Shown here: positions 1 through 9,710 of the stretch, in pieces
Layout of the letters: the number at the start of each line of letters is the position of its first letter
Numbering within the stretch: position 1 is the stretch's first letter
Origin: Archaeoglobus sp. JdFR-37
Lineage (GTDB): Archaea > Halobacteriota > Archaeoglobi > Archaeoglobales > Archaeoglobaceae
Direction of reading: 5' to 3'
Assembly: GCA_002010215.1 (NCBI GenBank)
Contig: MTMY01000003.1
Location: 124,001 to 158,141 of the forward strand
DNA: 34,141 nucleotides
The notes under the pieces: generated by a model
What the model saw: the letters and a program-made list of their open reading frames with translations, nothing else
Databases searched by the model: none
What the model was told of the DNA's origin: nothing
Translations under genes and position numbers: made by a program

Positions 1-1063
1 GAAATTTGAGACATTCAAACAGGAGACTGAGAAGAACAAAGTAGTTGTTCTCGAAACAAAAGATGATGTATGGAAGCCGCCAACAGCTTTCAAGAATCCT
101 TCTGTTGCCAAACCCTTTGAGTTGCTGACAACATCATTCTCAATTCCAAAATACACGGAAGTTGACCCCACAACCGTCATGGCATTCTTCTTCCCAATAT
201 TCTTTGGATTCATGTTGGGCGACATTGGATACGGTGTAATCCTGATTGGCCTGTCTCTCTGGCTCTCAAGAATCTTCAAAACAGAGGGCTGGCAAAGCCT
301 TTTGAGAATCCTTCTGTATTCCGGCATATCCACAGTTATATTCGGTCTGGGCTTTGGAGAGTTCTTTGGATTCGAGCTATTCGGACATGAGAGCATTCTT
401 GGTGGGGAATTCGAGCACTGGGAGCCTATATTGGGCAACAGGCTTTACGATGCGCCAAAACTGCTTGTGGTAACTCTGGCGGTAGCAGTAATCCACATGA
501 GTCTGGGCTTCATTTTCGGAATCAGAAATGTTGCCAAAGAGCACGGTTGGAAACATGCCATTGAAGAGAAATTTAACTGGTTCATGGCGCTTATAAGCAT
601 AGCATTTATCATCACGGGCTTCATAATGAATACGCTCGCTGGAATTCCCGTGTTCTCTTTGAATTTCGCCTACATCGCAGCTGTACCCCTGATATTGGCC
701 TGGGCGGTGCTTACGGTGATGGGAGAAGGGCCGATGTTTCTGATAGAGTACCTCACGTTACTCAGCAACACCATAAGTTACGCTCGATTGCTGGCTGTTG
801 GCTTGGCGAGCGTTGGCTTTGCAATAGCTTTCAACAAAATAGCCTTTGAAATGCTAATGCCTGCTGGTATAGTGGGCTTGATAGCCGGGATTATCATACT
901 TGCCTTAGGACATTTCATAAACATACTTCTTGGCATACTCGATCCCGGCCTTCAGAGTTTGCGACTCCACTATGTGGAGTTCTTTGTGAAGTTCTTTGAA
1001 GGGGGTGGCATACGCTACAACCCCTTTGGTAGGATTAGAAAATACACAAAGGAGGAGGTGTAA
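1..1063 (+). CDS. atpI: A/V-type ATP synthase subunit I (a), 5'-truncated by the window edge
   Basis: Frame is open from base 2 (KPPTAFKNP...PFELLT); motifs EVDPT, GFMLGDIGYG, SNTISYARL, LRLHYVEFF..F; first gene of the ATPase cluster. Confidence 0.97.
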   Translation, partial: KFETFKQETEKNKVVVLETKDDVWKPPTAFKNPSVAKPFELLTTSFSIPKYTEVDPTTVMAFFFPIFFGFMLGDIGYGVILIGLSLWLSRIFKTEGWQSLLRILLYSGISTVIFGLGFGEFFGFELFGHESILGGEFEHWEPILGNRLYDAPKLLVVTLAVAVIHMSLGFIFGIRNVAKEHGWKHAIEEKFNWFMALISIAFIITGFIMNTLAGIPVFSLNFAYIAAVPLILAWAVLTVMGEGPMFLIEYLTLLSNTISYARLLAVGLASVGFAIAFNKIAFEMLMPAGIVGLIAGIIILALGHFINILLGILDPGLQSLRLHYVEFFVKFFEGGGIRYNPFGRIRKYTKEEV

Positions 1064-1066
1064 AAA

Positions 1067-1282
1067 ATGCCTGTAGAAGGTTTGGTAGCAATTGGTGCTG
1101 GTCTGGCTGTAGGATTGGCTGGAATAGGTGCTGGATTGGGTGAACAAGCAATCGGTGCTGCTGCAGTAGGAGCAATGGCAGAGGATCCAGAATTCTTCGG
1201 TAAAGGTCTGCTGATGACCGTTATACCGGAAACCATCGTCATATTCGGATTGGTCGTAGCGTTCCTGCTGATGTTCATCTAA
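1067..1282 (+). CDS. atpK: A/V-type ATP synthase subunit K (c, proteolipid), single hairpin
   Basis: 71 aa, Gly-rich helix 1, IPET ion-binding glutamate in helix 2; SD GGAGGTG upstream. Confidence 0.97.
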   Translation: MPVEGLVAIGAGLAVGLAGIGAGLGEQAIGAAAVGAMAEDPEFFGKGLLMTVIPETIVIFGLVVAFLLMFI

Positions 1283-1311
1283 CTTCATTTTATATTAAAA
1301 GGGTGACAGGA

Positions 1312-1863
1312 ATGCCTTTGGAACCAATAATTGAAGAGATCACAAGAAAGGGACAGCTAAGAGTTTCAGAGATTCGCAGTGAGGCTGAGAAAGAGGCAAG
1401 TCAGATAATTGAAGAAGCAAAGGAGAAAGCTGAAGAGTTGCTGAAAAAAGCGAGAGAAGAGGCTGAAAGAGAGTCAGAGAGATTGAGAAAGCAGGAAATA
1501 GCTGCGGTGAACCTGGAGCTTAAAAGAGAAGAACTCAACAAAAGAAAGGAAGTGCTTGATGAAGTATACAGCAGACTCATAGAGAGATTGAGAAACATGG
1601 ATGCAGAAGAAAGAAAGAAGATCCTGAGCAAAATTATCGAGAAATATGGCATGGATGGCTACAGAATTTACTCCAATAAAGAAGATGAAGAGCTTGTGAA
1701 AAAACTCACGAATATGGAGTACGCTGGTAACATCAATTGTGTTGGTGGGGTAATAATCGAGAGCCCCGATGGCAGCTTCAGAATAAATATGACATTTGAT
1801 GAGCTTGTTAAGGGAATATACGAGGGCAAGATGAAAGAGATTTCAGATATGCTTTTCAGGTGA
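1312..1863 (+). CDS. atpE: A/V-type ATP synthase subunit E
   Basis: N-terminal coiled coil, C-terminal GGVIIES..G..RINMTF motif; ATG 1312 preferred over GTG 1303 (GGTGA SD). Confidence 0.93.
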   Translation: MPLEPIIEEITRKGQLRVSEIRSEAEKEASQIIEEAKEKAEELLKKAREEAERESERLRKQEIAAVNLELKREELNKRKEVLDEVYSRLIERLRNMDAEERKKILSKIIEKYGMDGYRIYSNKEDEELVKKLTNMEYAGNINCVGGVIIESPDGSFRINMTFDELVKGIYEGKMKEISDMLFR

Positions 1864-1869
1864 AATTCC

Positions 1870-2910
1870 ATGGCGTTGCTAAGAAGAATTAGTACAAAGC
1901 CAGCTGAATGGGCATATATCGTTGCCAGAGTAAGGGTAATGAGCAGGAAGCTCATACCCAGAGAAGACTACAACAAGCTTCTGAACATGGACATCCATGA
2001 GATTGCCAGGTATCTGGAAGAGAGTGAGTATAAGAGGGAGATTGATGAGTTAGCCTACAAATACAGCGGAATGGACCTCGTAGATTATGCCCTCTCGCTC
2101 AATCTTTCGAGAACATATTCCAAGCTGATCAGAATATCCAAGGGTGTGCCAAGGCAGCTTATTGTTCAGTATCTCCGTAGATATGACTTCTGGAATCTGA
2201 AGAATATAATTCGCGGGAAGATGTTCGGCTTTCCAAGAGAAGAGGTTGAGGCAACACTGGTAATCGCTGGAGAATACGATGAGCAGTTTTACAGAGCGCT
2301 CATGGCTAAGGAAACCATTGAAGACATCGTAAAAACCTTCGAGGGCAAACCTTTCTATCCAATTCTGGATAAGCTCGTAAAGGCATGTCCACTGGCAGAA
2401 TTCGAGGACGAGCTTGACAAGTTCTATTATCAGAGTCTCACTTCTATATCCCCCGAAACAATAGATATGAAATACTTCTTGGAGTTCATAAGAATGGAGA
2501 TTGACATCAAAAACATCAAAACAATTCTCAGACTGAAGACAGAAGGAGCTGAGATGGACGAAATAGTGCCCAAGATTGTTCCCGGCGGATATCAGCTGAA
2601 AGAAGATGTTGCAAGAAGGCTGGCAGCTATGGAATTGGATGAGCTCATGAAAAGCCTGGAGGGCTTCTGGTTCCATGAAGCAATCAAGGATGTCCTAAGA
2701 GAACCTCTAAGCAGGATTGAGGTGTACTTTGACAGAATGTGGGCACAGAAAGTAGTGTCTAAATCGCATCACTTCCCGCTCTCGATACTACCTGTATTAT
2801 CCTACATGCTTCTTAAGAAGATAGAAGTAGATAATCTCAGGATTTTGGCCAGGGGTAAGGCTGAAGGATTGCCAACAGAAGCCATCAAGGAACAGCTGGT
2901 GATAGTATGA
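1870..2910 (+). CDS. atpC: A/V-type ATP synthase subunit C (AC39 family)
   Basis: YIVARVR, EIDIKNIKTILR, EVDNLRILARGK motifs; operon position. Confidence 0.95.
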   Translation: MALLRRISTKPAEWAYIVARVRVMSRKLIPREDYNKLLNMDIHEIARYLEESEYKREIDELAYKYSGMDLVDYALSLNLSRTYSKLIRISKGVPRQLIVQYLRRYDFWNLKNIIRGKMFGFPREEVEATLVIAGEYDEQFYRALMAKETIEDIVKTFEGKPFYPILDKLVKACPLAEFEDELDKFYYQSLTSISPETIDMKYFLEFIRMEIDIKNIKTILRLKTEGAEMDEIVPKIVPGGYQLKEDVARRLAAMELDELMKSLEGFWFHEAIKDVLREPLSRIEVYFDRMWAQKVVSKSHHFPLSILPVLSYMLLKKIEVDNLRILARGKAEGLPTEAIKEQLVIV

Positions 2911-3212
2911 AGAAGATGGCCGTGATTGGAGATCCAGAATTCAATGTTGGTTTTAGGCTTGTGGGTATTAGAGATATTTATGATGTTAGCAGTCAAGAAG
3001 AGCTTGAAAAGGCTGTGAGGGAGACTCTTACCCGAAAGGATGTAGGTGTTGTTGTTATAAGGTACGATTTACTGAAAAAGCTTCCTTATGCTCTCCAGAG
3101 GGAGGTTGATGAGAGCGTTGACCCCACCTTTGTTGCGGTGGGTGGAGAAGGTGGAATTGAAGAAATTAGAGAGAAAATAAGAAGGGCGATAGGTGTTGAC
3201 CTATGGAAGTGA
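2907..3212 (+). CDS. atpF: A/V-type ATP synthase subunit F
   Basis: AVIGD...GFRLVGI and [10 protein letters not shown] motifs; ATGA overlap with atpC. Confidence 0.96.
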   Translation: MKKMAVIGDPEFNVGFRLVGIRDIYDVSSQEELEKAVRETLTRKDVGVVVIRYDLLKKLPYALQREVDESVDPTFVAVGGEGGIEEIREKIRRAIGVDLWK

Positions 3213-3214
3213 AA

Positions 3215-4936
3215 ATGGCAGTTGGTGAGGTTTATCGTGTATCTGGACCACTTGTAGTGGCAGAAGGATTGAAAGCCAGAATGTACGACGTGTGCAGGGT
3301 GGGCGAAGAAGGACTGATGGGTGAAGTCGTTGGACTTGTAGGCGATAAGGTGTTGATACAGGTTTACGAAGATACCAGCGGTATAAGGCCTGGAGATAAG
3401 GTAGAAAACACAGGAATGCCCCTCAGCGTTGAACTTGGCCCAGGTTTGCTGAAGTCCATTTATGATGGGATTCAGAGGCCATTACCTGTGCTGAAGGACG
3501 CAAGCGGCGATTTCATTGGGAGAGGTATTCACGCTCCTGGGCTTGACAGAAAGACCAAGTGGGAATTCACTCCCACTGTTAAGAAGGGTGAGAAGGTAAG
3601 TGGTGGAGACATAATCGGTACGGTTCCAGAAACCGAAATCGTTGAGCACCGCATACTTGTTCCTCCAAGGGTAAACGGTGTTATAACCGAGATTTATGAG
3701 GGGAGCTTTACTGTGGATGAAACTGTAGCTGTTCTTGATAATGGCACTGAGCTGAAGCTCTATCACACTTGGCCGGTAAGAGAATCTCGCCCCTTCAGAG
3801 AGAAGCTCCCGCCAGTCGTTCCGCTCATAACTGGACAGCGCATTCTAGATACTCTCTTCCCCGTGGCAAAAGGTGGTACGGCAGCAATTCCGGGCCCCTT
3901 CGGAAGTGGCAAGACTGTCACCCAGCATCAGCTCGCAAAATGGAGTGATACGCAAATAGTGGTGTACATTGGATGTGGAGAGAGAGGTAACGAGATGACT
4001 GAAGTGCTTGAGGAATTCCCAGAGCTTGAAGACCCGCGAACCGGCAAGCCGCTGATGGAGAGAACAGTGCTCATAGCCAACACTTCTAACATGCCCGTTG
4101 CGGCAAGAGAAGCCAGCGTTTATACGGGAATGACAATTGCAGAATACTTCAGAGATATGGGTTATGACGTGGGCCTGATGGCTGACTCCACAAGCAGATG
4201 GGCGGAAGCTATGAGAGAAATTTCAGGAAGACTTGAAGAGATGCCCGGTGAAGAAGGATATCCCGCTTATCTTGCTTCTCGTCTCGCAGAATTCTATGAG
4301 AGAGCTGGCAGAGTAAGAACGTTGAGCGGAAGCATTGGGAGCGTAACAGTTATCGGTGCAGTATCTCCGCCAGGCGGAGACTTCAGTGAGCCTGTGACTC
4401 AGAACACCCTCCGTATTGTGAAGGTCTTCTGGGCTCTCGATGCCAAGTTGGCTGCAAGGAGACACTTCCCAGCCATAAACTGGCTACAAAGCTACAGCCT
4501 TTATGCTGATACCCTTAATGAGTGGTTTGTGGAGAACGTTGCTTCAGACTGGAGTGAACTGAGAACCTGGGCCATGGAGGTGCTGCAGGAGGAGGCAAGT
4601 CTGCAGGAGATTGTCCAGTTGGTTGGTAGCGATGCGTTGCCAGAGTCGCAGAGACTGCTTCTGGAAGTTGCTAGGCTCATCAGGGAGGTTTACCTACAGC
4701 AGTATGCATACCATCCTGTGGACACCTACTGTGATCCCAAGAAGCAGTATGATTTGCTCAAAGCCATTAAAGAAGTGAATGACATGTTCTTCAAGGCTCT
4801 GGAGGCCGGTAAGCTGGTTGATGAGATAATAAACGTTCCGGGCAAAGAAGAGTTTGCAAGGGCCAAGTTTGAGGAGAACTACAAAGAAGTCCTTGAGAAG
4901 GCGGTTGAAACCATGAAAAAGGCACTTCTGGGGTGA
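3215..4936 (+). CDS. atpA: A/V-type ATP synthase catalytic subunit A, no intein
   Basis: Walker [37 protein letters not shown]; start ATG 3215 or 3203. Confidence 0.99.
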   Translation: MAVGEVYRVSGPLVVAEGLKARMYDVCRVGEEGLMGEVVGLVGDKVLIQVYEDTSGIRPGDKVENTGMPLSVELGPGLLKSIYDGIQRPLPVLKDASGDFIGRGIHAPGLDRKTKWEFTPTVKKGEKVSGGDIIGTVPETEIVEHRILVPPRVNGVITEIYEGSFTVDETVAVLDNGTELKLYHTWPVRESRPFREKLPPVVPLITGQRILDTLFPVAKGGTAAIPGPFGSGKTVTQHQLAKWSDTQIVVYIGCGERGNEMTEVLEEFPELEDPRTGKPLMERTVLIANTSNMPVAAREASVYTGMTIAEYFRDMGYDVGLMADSTSRWAEAMREISGRLEEMPGEEGYPAYLASRLAEFYERAGRVRTLSGSIGSVTVIGAVSPPGGDFSEPVTQNTLRIVKVFWALDAKLAARRHFPAINWLQSYSLYADTLNEWFVENVASDWSELRTWAMEVLQEEASLQEIVQLVGSDALPESQRLLLEVARLIREVYLQQYAYHPVDTYCDPKKQYDLLKAIKEVNDMFFKALEAGKLVDEIINVPGKEEFARAKFEENYKEVLEKAVETMKKALLG

Positions 4937-6327
4937 GCTGGATGAAGGAGTACAGAACTATAAATCAAGTTGCTGGACCTCTTATTTTTGTAGAAAAGAC
5001 TGAACCTGTTGGATATGGAGAACTGGTCACAATTACCCTCCCAGATGGTTCAACCAAGAGAGGTCAGGTCCTCGATACTTCCAAAGATATCGTCATCGTT
5101 CAGGTTTTTGAGGGGACACGAGGCATCGATACTGGTTCAGCTGTTCGCTTCGTGGGGGATATAGTCAGACTGAATGTCAGCTACGACATGCTTGGAAGAA
5201 TTCTCAGCGGTTCTGGTGATCCCATTGATGGCGGGCCAAAAATAGTGCCTGAAGAGAGAAGGGAGATCATAGGTGCAGCCATCAACCCCTATGCAAGGGA
5301 ATATCCGAGGGAGTTCATCCAGACCGGAATTTCCGCCATTGATGGAATGAACACTCTGGTGAGGGGACAGAAGCTTCCCATCTTCAGTGGAAGCGGTCTG
5401 CCCCACAACGATATAGCTCTGCAAATAGCAAGACAGGCAAAGGTTAGAGGAGAGGGTGAGGAATTCGCTGTTGTATTCGCAGCCATGGGTATAACAAACG
5501 AAGAGGCACAGCACTTCATGAAGGACTTTGAGAGGACAGGAGCTCTTGAGAGGGCAGTAGTTTTCCTGAATCTCGCAAATGACCCGGCTATAGAAAGATT
5601 GCTTACACCACGTATGGCTCTAACAGCAGCAGAATTCTTGGCTTATGAGTACGATCTCCATGTTCTGGTCATCCTCACAGACATGACCAACTACTGTGAG
5701 GCTCTTAGAGAGATATCGGCTGCGAGAGAAGAGGTGCCTGGAAGAAGAGGATATCCGGGTTACATGTACACCGATCTCGCTACCATCTACGAGAGAGCTG
5801 GCCGTATAAGGGGCAGAAAGGGAACCATCACCCAGTTCCCCATCCTCACAATGCCTGGAGACGACATAACCCATCCGATTCCCGACCTTACTGGCTATAT
5901 CACAGAGGGTCAGATAGTTCTGAGCAGAGAGCTCCATGCAAAGGGCATATACCCACCCATAAACGTGCTACCCTCCCTCAGTAGACTGATGAAAGAAGGA
6001 ATTGGAGAGGGTAGGACGAGAGACGATCACGTTCAGTGGAACGACCAGATGTACGCTGCATATGCTGAGGGTGTGGATTTGCGTGGCTTGGTTGCTATAG
6101 TTGGTGAAGAGGCTTTGAGTGAGAGAGATCGCCGCTATCTGCGCTTCGCTGATGAATTCGAAAGGAGGTTCGTGCAACAGGGGAGGTATGAGGACAGAGA
6201 CATCGATTACACCCTTGATCTGGGCTGGGAGCTCCTTGCAACCCTGCCCGAGGGAGAGTTGACCAAGATCGAGAGGAAGTACATCGAGAAGTATCATCCT
6301 GTCTACAGGAAGAAAGCAACTGCTTGA
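4933..6327 (+). CDS. atpB: A/V-type ATP synthase subunit B
   Basis: [36 protein letters not shown] motifs. Confidence 0.99.
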   Translation: MSWMKEYRTINQVAGPLIFVEKTEPVGYGELVTITLPDGSTKRGQVLDTSKDIVIVQVFEGTRGIDTGSAVRFVGDIVRLNVSYDMLGRILSGSGDPIDGGPKIVPEERREIIGAAINPYAREYPREFIQTGISAIDGMNTLVRGQKLPIFSGSGLPHNDIALQIARQAKVRGEGEEFAVVFAAMGITNEEAQHFMKDFERTGALERAVVFLNLANDPAIERLLTPRMALTAAEFLAYEYDLHVLVILTDMTNYCEALREISAAREEVPGRRGYPGYMYTDLATIYERAGRIRGRKGTITQFPILTMPGDDITHPIPDLTGYITEGQIVLSRELHAKGIYPPINVLPSLSRLMKEGIGEGRTRDDHVQWNDQMYAAYAEGVDLRGLVAIVGEEALSERDRRYLRFADEFERRFVQQGRYEDRDIDYTLDLGWELLATLPEGELTKIERKYIEKYHPVYRKKATA

Positions 6328-6354
6328 ATCATCTAATTTTTTAGAGGTGTCATC

Positions 6355-6981
6355 ATGGCAGAAGTCCAGCCAACACGAATGGAGCTAATAAAGCTCAGAA
6401 GAAGGATAAAGATGGCTACTAGAGGTCATGCTCTCCTCAAAATGAAAAGAGACGGCCTCATAATGGAATTCAGAGACATTCTGGAAGAGGCCAAAGAAGT
6501 TATCGGTGGAATGGTGGAGAAGTACGAGAGTGCTAGGGAAAGACTGGCCATCGCAATGGCCGCTGATGGAGTTATAGCCGTCAAATCCATAGCCCTATCA
6601 TGCCATACCGAGCCCAGTTTTACCATCAAAAAGAAGAACATAATGGGTGTGGTAGTTCCAGTAATAAAGCGAGAGAAAGTCAGGAAGAGGGTATCTGAGA
6701 GAGATTACGGTGTCATTGGGACAACAGCCAGAATAGATGAGGCAGTGGCAGCATATGAGGAGCTGGTAGATGCTATTCTTGAGGTTGCTGAACTTGAAAC
6801 GACACTTAAAAGGCTTATTGAAGAGATTGAAAAAACCAAGAGGAGAGTCAACGCTCTGGAATACAGGGTAATCCCGGACATGGAAGCGACTGCCAAATAT
6901 ATATCCTTCAGGCTTGAGGAGATGGACAGAGAGAACATAGTCAGGCTGAAGAAGATAAAGGCAAAGATGGCAAAGACCTGA
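6355..6981 (+). CDS. atpD: A/V-type ATP synthase subunit D
   Basis: PTRMEL, NIMGV, KTKRRVNALE motifs. Confidence 0.98.
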   Translation: MAEVQPTRMELIKLRRRIKMATRGHALLKMKRDGLIMEFRDILEEAKEVIGGMVEKYESARERLAIAMAADGVIAVKSIALSCHTEPSFTIKKKNIMGVVVPVIKREKVRKRVSERDYGVIGTTARIDEAVAAYEELVDAILEVAELETTLKRLIEEIEKTKRRVNALEYRVIPDMEATAKYISFRLEEMDRENIVRLKKIKAKMAKT

Positions 6982-6993
6982 AAAATCTGAAAG

Positions 6994-7152
6994 ATGATCT
7001 TTGAAAAAATTTACCGCTGGCTCAGCAATGAGGAAAACTTGGTCAGAATACTCAGATACTGGTGGATAATCTCTACTTTGAGGATAGTTATTGGAACCTC
7101 AATTCTAATTTTAATTCTTCTCGGCTACACTTTTTCCCATTACAAGCCGTGA
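6994..7152 (+). CDS. Putative 52-aa single-pass membrane microprotein (not in ORF track)
   Basis: Hand translation MIFEKIYRWLSNEENLVRILRYWWIISTLRIVIGTSILILILLGYTFSHYKP*; amphipathic N-terminus plus hydrophobic helix; fills most of the gap 12 bp after atpD. Confidence 0.6.
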   Translation: MIFEKIYRWLSNEENLVRILRYWWIISTLRIVIGTSILILILLGYTFSHYKP

Positions 7153-7194
7153 GATTTGTTAGGTTAGAGTAATTCAGGGTGAGGTTAGGAGTGT

Positions 7195-7377
7195 ATGCCG
7201 TACTACGAAGTCTGGATAGATCTTTCCAAGAGAAACGAAATTGAAAAGAGACTGAAAGAAGTTTGTAGGGAAGTTCATGAGGCCTTCTGCGACTATCACT
7301 ACATTGTGGAAGTGAAAGACGAGAAAGAGCTGTCACTGGAAGGAGTTATAAGAGTGAGAAGACACTACAACTGCTGA
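7195..7377 (+). CDS. Small protein, possible stand-alone Lrp/AsnC ligand-binding (RAM)-like domain
   Basis: SD AGGAG; VHEAFCDYHYIVEV...EL..EGV resembles the RAM pattern of the Lrp at 33878; TGATG overlap with the next gene. Confidence 0.6.
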   Translation: MPYYEVWIDLSKRNEIEKRLKEVCREVHEAFCDYHYIVEVKDEKELSLEGVIRVRRHYNC

Positions 7378-7718
7378 TGATGATTGAGGAGTTAACTGAA
7401 AAAGTAGTCAGGTTCAGAAATGCAAGAGACTGGCAGAGGTACCACACACCAAAGAATCTTGCAGCATCCATATCTGTGGAAGCTGCAGAACTTCTAGAAA
7501 TCTTTCAGTGGTCTGAGGATGGATACGAGGTTGTGGAGGATAAGAGAGAAAAAATTGCTGAAGAAGTGGCGGACATCTTCATTTATCTACTGCTTCTCTG
7601 CCATGAATGTGGCATTAATCTTATCGAGGCATTTAACAAGAAAATGGAAATAAATGAGTCAAAATACCCGGTGGAAAAAGCAAAAGGCAAATCCTCAAAA
7701 TACACAGAGCTGGATTGA
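7377..7718 (+). CDS. MazG-like nucleotide pyrophosphohydrolase (dCTP pyrophosphatase/RS21-C6 type)
   Basis: RDWQRYHTPKNLA..EAAELLE.FQW, EEVADIFIYL, N..KYP motifs. Confidence 0.92.
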   Translation: MMIEELTEKVVRFRNARDWQRYHTPKNLAASISVEAAELLEIFQWSEDGYEVVEDKREKIAEEVADIFIYLLLLCHECGINLIEAFNKKMEINESKYPVEKAKGKSSKYTELD

Positions 7719-7723
7719 GAGTT

Positions 7724-8185
7724 TTAGAGATACATTGTGTCAAATCCGGGCTTGTCAAATTCGTGCTGAACATTCCAGATTATGTAAAGCTTGCATTTGA
7801 AGATCTCTCGCAAAGCACCCATAAGTTTGCTCTTGGTAAGCTCATCTTCATATATCGGTATCGAGAATTCCACTCTCTGAACATTCTCCGCATCGGGCAC
7901 CATCCTGAATTCAGCTTCTCTGAAAAGCAGGTCCATTTTCCACCGATGAATCATTTTCTTTTTCTTTTCTGGAGGAAGAGAGAGCAGAGCTCTGTAGTGG
8001 TTCTCAGCAAGGACTATACCGCTCACAACCACTATGAAATCCTTGTCCACGGGTTTTACAACATCTGAAACCTGATTCGAGCCAGGAGGGAATTCTACGA
8101 TGTAGTGGAAGACTGCCCTCTCATCCGGCACATCAGCTTTCAGTATTCCCTCTTCCGCCAGCCACTCCTTCACAATTTCTCTCAT
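7724..8185 (-). CDS. Conserved archaeal protein, DUF2299-like
   Basis: Begins with the I..WL.EEG pattern, contains IYEDELTK..LM; clean ORF with SD GAGGAG. Confidence 0.7.
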   Translation of the reverse strand: MREIVKEWLAEEGILKADVPDERAVFHYIVEFPPGSNQVSDVVKPVDKDFIVVVSGIVLAENHYRALLSLPPEKKKKMIHRWKMDLLFREAEFRMVPDAENVQRVEFSIPIYEDELTKSKLMGALREIFKCKLYIIWNVQHEFDKPGFDTMYL

Positions 8186-8203
8186 CTCTCATCTCCTCTC
8201 CTC

Positions 8204-8812
8204 TCATCTTTTCTCCCTCGGAATACATACTATCTCTCGTATCTGCATATCGAAAAAGTTGTTCATGTGGGCTGACCTGATAACGACGGCAGTATCAGCT
8301 CCCCTGCCTCTACCCGCCACGGCAACAACTTCTTCGATAGGTATGGCTCCACTGTCAGCAGCCATAATGGTTATTTCCACACATACTTTCAGACCGTGAC
8401 CGAAGAGGGAACGGAGAGCTTCGGCAATGGCCTCTGTTCTGGAGGCTCCGCCAAGCTTTCTGCTTATACTCCTCTCCAACCCGCTGAGTATGTGGCTCTG
8501 CCTTACGATGGTCACTCCCTGAGCTCTCAACCACTCTTCCTTCTCTGGAGCCATACTGTCTTTCCCTTCCTCATAAAAACCCCTGTGGTAGGTGACGCAG
8601 ACCAGTTGCAGGTTTAGTCCCTTCTCCTTTAGTATTTTTACAGCCTTTATTGCAGTCTCACCTGTGGCTGAAGCCACAACCATATAGTTCAGGCCGAGTT
8701 CTTCTGCCCTTTTGATAGCCAGTTCCAGAGTTTTCTCAGTATTCTGCTTACCTGGTTTCTCAAAATAGTAGATTCTGGCTTCCATCAACTTCGATTCACT
8801 AAATTCACCCAT
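8204..8812 (-). CDS. Pyruvate kinase C-terminal alpha/beta domain protein (COG1751 type)
   Basis: [46 protein letters not shown] motifs; alternative start 8785. Confidence 0.88.
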   Translation of the reverse strand: MGEFSESKLMEARIYYFEKPGKQNTEKTLELAIKRAEELGLNYMVVASATGETAIKAVKILKEKGLNLQLVCVTYHRGFYEEGKDSMAPEKEEWLRAQGVTIVRQSHILSGLERSISRKLGGASRTEAIAEALRSLFGHGLKVCVEITIMAADSGAIPIEEVVAVAGRGRGADTAVVIRSAHMNNFFDMQIREIVCIPREKR

Positions 8813-9147
8813 CAGATCACCGCCTGTAAAGAGAACATATAAATTATCGATAGGAGCATCAGGAGGATTGCAAGGATTAAAGCAAGGCTTGCATACTTCG
8901 AATCTCCAAAGACTATAGGTATAGGGCCTATTAACACAACTCCACCGGCTTTAACTTCTCTTCTGGGCTTTCTTTCCATTTTCTCTATTTCCTCCCTTTT
9001 CTCCCATTTATATTCTTCCCACTCCTCCTGTTCCTCCAACTCTCTGAACTCTAAATCCCGATACCCAATCTCAACTCTTTCTGTAAGTCCTCTGATTGTC
9101 AGAAGGATGCCAGCTGCAATCATGACGATAGCAATCAGTTCAAGCAT
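8812..9147 (-). CDS. DUF131/TIGR00304-type membrane protein with charged loop
   Basis: [14 protein letters not shown] signature flanked by TM helices. Confidence 0.85.
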   Translation of the reverse strand: MLELIAIVMIAAGILLTIRGLTERVEIGYRDLEFRELEEQEEWEEYKWEKREEIEKMERKPRREVKAGGVVLIGPIPIVFGDSKYASLALILAILLMLLSIIYMFSLQAVI

Positions 9148-9150
9148 TGT

Positions 9151-9363
9151 TCACCACCTCGTGAAGAATAGAAGCATCAGAAGGAAGAAGGCGGCTATGA
9201 ATATACTTATCACCGCCATGTCTGGTGAGGAGGCAAAGATGATGGGGAACGGCCCTATGACTACCACTCCCCCGTACTCCACACTTTCTGCCTGTGAGAT
9301 TAGGAGCAGCGATATACCCATGAAAATGAGAGCAATTCCTACGAAGATTTTGATGGGGTTCAT
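9151..9363 (-). CDS. DUF131/TIGR00304-type membrane protein (short paralog)
   Basis: GGVVVIGPFPIIFAS signature; ATG 9363 preferred. Confidence 0.8.
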   Translation of the reverse strand: MNPIKIFVGIALIFMGISLLLISQAESVEYGGVVVIGPFPIIFASSPDMAVISIFIAAFFLLMLLFFTRW

Positions 9364-9488
9364 AAGTTTATTTACAGTGGAAGTGTTAAAAAATGTGACG
9401 TGGAGCATTCTTGGAAGACGTAAATGAATGGATGTGAACCCCGATGGGTATCGTTACATTTTTCTATAACGTTAGGGGTACTTTGGCT

Positions 9489-9710
9489 ATGTGCCTTTCA
9501 AAAAAGGAGAGAGAATTCATTCAGGACTGGCTTGAAGTCATGGATGGTGAGATGAGGTTAACTGAGTTCGTTGATAAATGGAAGAGCCAGGGGAGGGACT
9601 GGAAGGTTTACATGAGAGTACTGAGACACAGGATATCGAAAAAATACGAGATGATGTTAAAGGATGCGTTGCTGATGAAGGAGTTTCTGGATCTCAACCA
9701 CCATCCCTGA
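9489..9710 (+). CDS. Hypothetical small helical protein
   Basis: 73-aa charged ORF with GGGGT SD-like sequence before ATG 9489; alternative start 9444; no family recognised. Confidence 0.6.
   Translation: MCLSKKEREFIQDWLEVMDGEMRLTEFVDKWKSQGRDWKVYMRVLRHRISKKYEMMLKDALLMKEFLDLNHHP

Noticed and set aside
3892..3920. Possible intein at the AtpA P-loop (common VMA insertion site)
   Set aside because: [11 protein letters not shown] is contiguous and the protein has normal length.
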